DNA of 64,000 nucleotides, from the NCBI GenBank assembly GCA_041483895.1, contig JBGPGO010000008.1, positions 64,001 through 128,000 of the forward strand. Reading direction: 5' to 3'. How positions within the stretch are numbered: position 1 is the stretch's first letter; the number at the start of each line of letters is the position of its first letter. The position numbers and the translations under genes are program-made. The notes under the pieces were generated by a model, which ran no database searches, had not been told where the DNA came from, and was given only the letters and a program-made list of their open reading frames with translations. Of this stretch, positions 58,443 through 64,000 are shown piece after piece. The stretch is from Fimbriimonadia bacterium (GTDB lineage: Bacteria; Armatimonadota; Fimbriimonadia; Fimbriimonadales; JABRVX01).

Positions 58443-60833
58443 CTATTTCGTCGCCCAATCGTTGGTGAAGTAGCCCGCAGCCAAAACTCCGCCTGCGCCC
58501 TTCTCGAGAGTGTCGGGGCCGAACAAAACGTAATCCGGCAAGGAAACGCCGGATATGAAATAGCGCGGGTCGGTTGAGGCTCTTATCGCTAGCGTCGAAG
58601 TGCTGCCGACGACGCCGACGAGACCCGTTTCATGGCCGGAACGGGGATAGACGAACCAGGCTGAGATGTCACCTGTGTATTCCTTACCATCGATGATGGC
58701 ACGGTTGCGGTGGATGCTGATCGGACAATCGGCAAGCAGGGAGACAAAGGCGGTGTTGGTTTCGGAGTTGCCGTACAGTATGATGTTGCGGCCGTGGACC
58801 GATTCGGGTTTGAACTGCGTATCGGGCACTACAAGAACGTTGCCATTCCCGCGATACCACCAGGTCTCTTGCTCGAAACGGACCCGGGCCAGCAATGCGT
58901 CGTTCTCCTCCGGCGTCCCGTGCGTCCCGTACACCCAGACCATATCGTTTGTGAACGCGAGCTTGAACGGTCCGTTTTGAGAGGGATTTTTCTTGTCCGG
59001 GCGCTCGATCCCCGCGCGCCATTTGGTTCCAATCTTTTCTACCACGAACGGAGATTTCGTGTCGGCATCGGTTACGGGCAGACCGTCGCAAAGCACCTTG
59101 ATCGTGCGCCCCGGCAGCATCTTCGTCAGATCGAATCGGATTGCCTCTATGTTCTCGGTGGTTACCTGCAGCTCCGATCGATCGGGCCGCAATGTGGCTG
59201 TCACTTTGCTGATGCCGCCCGGCTCCGATTGACGCAGCACAGTCAGCCAAAAGTGTTGCGATGAGACCGCCGGGTTTTGGGTCGCGAACGATATCGCTAA
59301 GGGGCAGTCCGGGCGCACTCTTTGCTCGAAGAAATCATTGCGCGGCTTATAGTCCATGCATTCCGCGCCGGGATAGTCGGGGGAATCATACCAGTGCCCG
59401 GCGCCCGACTCTTCATGCGTGTGAAAGTCCGGGTGGTCCTTCAGCTTTTCTTTCATCGTGGTCAACTCGGTAAACGGCACGTTGTCATCGGCGGTGCCGT
59501 GCACGGCATATATCGGAAGGTTATCGTAATTGCTGAGAAGGGAGAGGGTGTCGCTCTCCAGCTTGCATCGTTGCAGCGGATCGTCGCCCACGACCGGCGC
59601 CCCGCCGCCATAGCTGAAGAACGAGACCCATGCCGAGGACGGACCGATTGCGGCCCAAAGCGATGGGTAAAGCGCCCCGAGATACCAGGTCCCGTGGCCG
59701 CCCATGGAATGGCCGGTGAGATAGATGCGGTTCGGATCGATTGCATGCTTTGCCGTGAAATCGGCGAGCGTTTCGAGCGCATCCATCCGGCCCCATTCCT
59801 GCCAGTCGAAGCCAAATGGCCGGCGATTGGTCGGCGCAACCATCCACGTGTTGACCTTTGTGTATGTCGCGCCGATCTGCCCATTGGCCTCGACCCCGGC
59901 GCCGTGCAATGTGAGCTGCATCGGCGCGGGGCCTGGGGCCGGATGCAGCGGCGGACGGACGGCGTAATATTGCACGGAACCGTCGATCTTGGAAAGGCGA
60001 GTGACGGCATATTGATCGCCAGGCTGCCGGACACTGATTGCAATGATTTGTGTGTGCGTTTCTCCCCGATATTTCAATTTCACCGTCAACTGCACGCGGC
60101 CGTCCTTGTCCTTGTCCTCTGCCTCCACATCGCGCTTCTGGACGATGGGGAAGGGGGGTTTGAGGATGCCGTACGGCAGGATATCGGCCAGTTTCACCAC
60201 CTGCCGCGCGAAAACCGGTCCCTCAATCTCCAGCGTACCGCCACTCAGCGCAGTAGGCAAGTGATTGGCGATGACGACAGCGCCGAAAGACTTAAGCCGC
60301 TCGCCGACGCGAACGTCCGGCACAAGCGTATCCCGCTCCGTCAGGGAGCATGAACCGGACACTGGTGACAGGTTGAATGAAAAATTCCCACGACTTGAAC
60401 GGACGATGAAAACATTCTTGCCTTTGCGCAGCGGGACGACAATTTTGAGAATGCCGAGACCATACACGTCTCCCACAAAGGGAAGCCCGTTGACAAACAG
60501 GTGGCTGAATCCGCCGCCGGTCAGAAAAACGGGACCTTCCGATTGAGCATCTACGGTGGTCGCTGCCCAGCCGTTTTGGAACCGCTCCGATTCAACGCCG
60601 CCATCCACCTTGGTTGTCGCGGTTTCCGTCCAATCCGGATCGACGTTCGGGTTGCGGGCAATCTGATCGGCGATGGAATCTACGACAAACGGAATCCTGC
60701 CACCGGTACCCTGATATCTGGACACTTTCCAAATCAGTTTCCCCGCGGAAACATCGGATGGGAGGACTTGGGAATGCGAAAATTGGCACGACAGCAGCAA
60801 TGCGCAAACGGCGAATATGTTGTTAAGCATCAT
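58443..60833 (-). CDS. Secreted alpha/beta hydrolase (esterase/peptidase-like)
   Basis: LHGAG, TGHSMGG, HGTADDNV, GAGHW; start 60833 or 60854. Confidence 0.8.
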   Translation of the reverse strand: MMLNNIFAVCALLLSCQFSHSQVLPSDVSAGKLIWKVSRYQGTGGRIPFVVDSIADQIARNPNVDPDWTETATTKVDGGVESERFQNGWAATTVDAQSEGPVFLTGGGFSHLFVNGLPFVGDVYGLGILKIVVPLRKGKNVFIVRSSRGNFSFNLSPVSGSCSLTERDTLVPDVRVGERLKSFGAVVIANHLPTALSGGTLEIEGPVFARQVVKLADILPYGILKPPFPIVQKRDVEAEDKDKDGRVQLTVKLKYRGETHTQIIAISVRQPGDQYAVTRLSKIDGSVQYYAVRPPLHPAPGPAPMQLTLHGAGVEANGQIGATYTKVNTWMVAPTNRRPFGFDWQEWGRMDALETLADFTAKHAIDPNRIYLTGHSMGGHGTWYLGALYPSLWAAIGPSSAWVSFFSYGGGAPVVGDDPLQRCKLESDTLSLLSNYDNLPIYAVHGTADDNVPFTELTTMKEKLKDHPDFHTHEESGAGHWYDSPDYPGAECMDYKPRNDFFEQRVRPDCPLAISFATQNPAVSSQHFWLTVLRQSEPGGISKVTATLRPDRSELQVTTENIEAIRFDLTKMLPGRTIKVLCDGLPVTDADTKSPFVVEKIGTKWRAGIERPDKKNPSQNGPFKLAFTNDMVWVYGTHGTPEENDALLARVRFEQETWWYRGNGNVLVVPDTQFKPESVHGRNIILYGNSETNTAFVSLLADCPISIHRNRAIIDGKEYTGDISAWFVYPRSGHETGLVGVVGSTSTLAIRASTDPRYFISGVSLPDYVLFGPDTLEKGAGGVLAAGYFTNDWATK

Positions 60834-60865
60834 CGTGCCCATGGTACCAGCCATGGGAGGCAGGG

Positions 60866-62617
60866 TTACCCGCCATCAATGGGCTCCGGCGTGACTGTGA
60901 TTTCGATCTTGGCCTTCGCCCTTTCGATCAAAACCTTGACCGGCGTTCCGGCGGATGACTTCAAAAAGCCCTCCACGATGCTCTGCATGTCCTGAATCGT
61001 CACGTCGCCCCATTTCAAGATCACGTCGCCCTCTTTCAATCCCGCCTTCTCCGCCGGGCTGCCGGGACTCACGCCGCTCAGCAATACCCCCGGCCCGTCG
61101 AACGAATAGTCGGGTATGAGGCCGACGCGAATCTTGATGCCCCCGCGACCCGATCCGGTGGCAGGCGGAGTGGTCGTGTCGGGCTTGTCAAAAGTCATCC
61201 CTTGCGTCACCTTCTGGAAGGGGACCTTCTGATCGAGAGCGTCGATCTTTTGCACCATGCGATCGACCATGTGGAGAACGGATACTTCGCCGGGATAGTT
61301 GATTTTGTCCCAGTCATCCGTATAGGCGTGATAGTCCTTATGCAGATTGGTGAAAAAGAATACGACGGGAATCCCGCTGTTGTAAAAGCCTGTGTGATCG
61401 CTCGGTCCCGCGCCGGCGGCGACCTTGCTGATCTTCAGATTGTCGGTATTGACTTCATCGATCCATTTGGACCATATCTGAGATGAACCGACGCCTTCAA
61501 TCGACAGCTTGTTATCCGTCATGCGTCCAACCATGTCCATGTTGACCATCGCGGTCACTTTTTGCAGATCGACCGTTGGATTGTGGACGAAATAGTTGGA
61601 GCCAATGAGCCCCTCTTCTTCTCCGCCAAAACAGATAAAAAGCATGCCGCGCTTGTTCGTGTGCTTCGCTGAATAATATTGTGCCATTTCCATGACGGCC
61701 GCGCTGCCGGAGGCGTTGTCATCCGCGCCGTTATGGATGTAGACGGTCCCGTCCACCGCCCCGACCTGGCCGTATCCGAGATGATCGAGATGGCCGCCGA
61801 GGACGATCATCTGATCCTTATAGGCAGGATCGTTGCCGGGAAGAAAGCCGATCACATTCTTGGACTTGCCGCGATTCGGCTCCATCTGGGTGATAAACCG
61901 CACGCGGGAATTGGCGAACAGAAAAGATTGCGGCTTGCCGGTGGAATTGAGCGACGCGAACAGATCCATGATCTTTTTTCCGCCGAGAAGCCGCTCTGCC
62001 GCGGTCCGAGTGATGAGAATCACGGGAACGTCGGCGGCCTTAAATCGGAGCAGCATCGGCGCCAATATCTCGCCTTGCGCGCCGGCTGAAACAAGAATGA
62101 CTCCTGTCGCGCCCGCATCGGTGGCGGCATGCATGCGTTCGCTTAAGGCGGGACCGCCTTCGGGCTTTTCAACCAGCATCATCACAACTTTGCCGGAGGG
62201 ATCAGCACCGACGTAATCGTCCTTGATGCCAAAACCGACGAATGCCAACTGGCCGCGGCCCCAACGGTCGTGCCTGCTGCCCGGTACTGGTGCGTAGTCC
62301 ACGCCTCGGACAAAATCCAAAGACTTCTCGCTGATATCGACAACCAGCATGTTGTTCTTGCCGTAGCTCGATCCCGCGGTCATCTCGAACGGTTGGAAAT
62401 ACCCGTTGGTACCAAGCGGTTGCAGTCCATATTTCTTGAACTCGCTCGCCACGTAGGCGGCGGCTTTTTCGAATCCCGGGCTGACCGCCAATCGGCCCTC
62501 GAGCTCGTCGGAGGCAAGGTATTTGATATGGCGCTCGATATCGGCCGCCTTGATCTCCTGCCCGGCAACGGCGCCGCCGGAAAGAACTGCAAGGAAAATC
62601 CATAGAATTCGTTTCAT
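60866..62617 (-). CDS. M28 aminopeptidase with PA and PDZ domains
   Basis: GGHLDHLG, GADDNASG, GEEEGLIGS, SDH, DYH; C-terminal PDZ; GGAGG RBS. Confidence 0.92.
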   Translation of the reverse strand: MKRILWIFLAVLSGGAVAGQEIKAADIERHIKYLASDELEGRLAVSPGFEKAAAYVASEFKKYGLQPLGTNGYFQPFEMTAGSSYGKNNMLVVDISEKSLDFVRGVDYAPVPGSRHDRWGRGQLAFVGFGIKDDYVGADPSGKVVMMLVEKPEGGPALSERMHAATDAGATGVILVSAGAQGEILAPMLLRFKAADVPVILITRTAAERLLGGKKIMDLFASLNSTGKPQSFLFANSRVRFITQMEPNRGKSKNVIGFLPGNDPAYKDQMIVLGGHLDHLGYGQVGAVDGTVYIHNGADDNASGSAAVMEMAQYYSAKHTNKRGMLFICFGGEEEGLIGSNYFVHNPTVDLQKVTAMVNMDMVGRMTDNKLSIEGVGSSQIWSKWIDEVNTDNLKISKVAAGAGPSDHTGFYNSGIPVVFFFTNLHKDYHAYTDDWDKINYPGEVSVLHMVDRMVQKIDALDQKVPFQKVTQGMTFDKPDTTTPPATGSGRGGIKIRVGLIPDYSFDGPGVLLSGVSPGSPAEKAGLKEGDVILKWGDVTIQDMQSIVEGFLKSSAGTPVKVLIERAKAKIEITVTPEPIDGG

Positions 62618-62627
62618 TTTTCCTCCC

Positions 62628-63662
62628 TTAGGGAACCCAGTCGGCGATGAATACATCCGTCTCCCCAGGCCTCAAATGCGCCCGATTGCTGCAGAATACG
62701 ATCTTCTTGCCATTTGGCGAGAACATCGGGAAGCCGTCGAATTCCTTCGTATACGTGATCCGCTCGAATCCTATACCGTCCACGTTGATCATGTGGACGT
62801 CGAACTCGCGTCCTTTGGCGTCGGGATAGTTCGATGAAAACACAATGTGCTTGCCGTCCGAATGCATGTACGGAGCGAAGGAGGCACAACCCAGATGCGT
62901 GATCTGCCGCTTGTGCGATCCATCCGCGTTCATGATCCAGATCTCCAGCGGCCCAGGGCGGTACAGATTCTGCGCGAGATTCTTCTTGTAATCCTGGAGC
63001 TCGGCGTCGCTGGAAAACGCCGACCGCCGGTAGACGATCTGCTTGCCATTCGGGGTCCAGAACGGTCCGCCGTCGTAGCCGGGTTCGTTGGTGAGACGTT
63101 TCAGGCGCTTTCCGTTTAGGTCCATGGTATAGATGTCGAGGTCGCCGTCCTTCGCGCTTGTGAAGGCGACGACGCCTTTCCTGTTGATCGTGGATTCGGC
63201 CGTGTAGTTTCCGAAATGGGTGAGCTGTTTCAGATCGGTCCCATCGGGTTTCGCGGTGAAAATCTCATACGTCTTGTACATGTTCCAGACGTAGCCTTTG
63301 GAATAGTCGGGAGGCGGCGGAGCGGCCGGGTCAGCCCAATGGGTGCTGGAGAAAAGGACGCGCTTGCCATTGGGAAAGTAGTAGCCGCAGGTGCATTTTC
63401 CCATTCCCGTGGAAACCAGCTGTCTCCCCGTCCCGTCCGGGTTTATCGAATAGATCTGGTCGGCGCCGTCGGGGGAATCGCTGGATTGATAGATCAGCTT
63501 CTTGCCGTCGAAGCTCCAATAGCATTCGGCGTTTTCGCCTTTGAAGGTTAGCTGCTTTACGTTCTTGAGATGGCGTTCCTGTGGGTCCCGAAGTGGGTGC
63601 GTGCTGTCGGTAGGCTGTTGCGGCAGGGCCAGAAAAAGGCTGAAAAGGAGTAGTCCGCGCAT
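62628..63662 (-). CDS. TolB-like PD40 beta-propeller protein
   Basis: WSFDGKKL, FSPNGKKIVFCSNR repeats; signal peptide. Confidence 0.85.
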   Translation of the reverse strand: MRGLLLFSLFLALPQQPTDSTHPLRDPQERHLKNVKQLTFKGENAECYWSFDGKKLIYQSSDSPDGADQIYSINPDGTGRQLVSTGMGKCTCGYYFPNGKRVLFSSTHWADPAAPPPPDYSKGYVWNMYKTYEIFTAKPDGTDLKQLTHFGNYTAESTINRKGVVAFTSAKDGDLDIYTMDLNGKRLKRLTNEPGYDGGPFWTPNGKQIVYRRSAFSSDAELQDYKKNLAQNLYRPGPLEIWIMNADGSHKRQITHLGCASFAPYMHSDGKHIVFSSNYPDAKGREFDVHMINVDGIGFERITYTKEFDGFPMFSPNGKKIVFCSNRAHLRPGETDVFIADWVP

Positions 63663-63716
63663 AATGATGGAATTCTACCCACCCCGCAAAACGTAATAGC
63701 GTTACGAGGAGGCACA

Positions 63717-64000
63717 GTGCGTATCGAGGAATTGCGGGAAAGGGTGCTTGCGGAATTCGGACCGGACCTCAGCCGGGCGACCCCGGCATCTGTGACTGAG
63801 TTTCTGACTCGCCTGGAAGCGGAAGAGGGCGGGGAAAACGGGTGTCTGGAAATGGGAGGGTATGCGGGCGGTTACGACCGAATCATTCGGACTTTTCTGG
63901 GCCGGATGCTGGCTGCCCATCCGGACGATTCTGTGGTTCCCCTTTGGAAGTTTTGTCTTCAACTTGCGTTTTCAATGGAGGAACAACACGAAGCCGCGCG
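63717..64000 (+). CDS. Hypothetical protein, 3' truncated by window edge
   Basis: GAGGAGG then GTG 63717; open frame MRIEELRERVLAEFGPDLSRATPASV... to the end of the window. Confidence 0.6.
   Translation, partial: MRIEELRERVLAEFGPDLSRATPASVTEFLTRLEAEEGGENGCLEMGGYAGGYDRIIRTFLGRMLAAHPDDSVVPLWKFCLQLAFSMEEQHEAA

Noticed and set aside
63702..63962. Minus-strand 86-aa ORF
   Set aside because: The plus-strand frame from 63717 has a strong RBS and more protein-like composition.

Overview
GC-rich bacterial genomic window. An Armatimonadota-like origin is inferred from gene content (kdsB, PEP-CTERM proteins, dockerin/EF-hand-type C-termini); this was not tested. It opens with a damage-inducible mutasome pair (3' part of an imuB/Y-family gene overlapping dnaE2). 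It continues with five secreted YD/RHS-like repeat proteins, a selenocysteine-type selD, a solo Cas4-like nuclease, kdsB, RNase G/E, a GAF histidine kinase, several peptidases and three paralogous lipoproteins. Further on are an Ig-repeat/PorV-like barrel/pseudo-caspase operon, an alpha-2-macroglobulin, the rpsU-7TM-HD-ybeY-dgkA-CBS cluster, aroF and other housekeeping genes. The most striking observation is that mosaics of at least seven short palindromic (REP-like) families, several of which also occur intergenically here, are inserted in frame: once in imuB, three times in dnaE2 (about 350 extra aa) and once in an M14 peptidase. The complete units of four families are always read in the same frame. 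Other highlights are an in-frame UGA with a SECIS-like hairpin in selD, a candidate sigma54-driven sRNA with GGA-loop hairpins, a fixed-spacer inverted-repeat element, and frequent leaderless-gene signatures. No rRNA, tRNA, CRISPR array or transposase was recognised.
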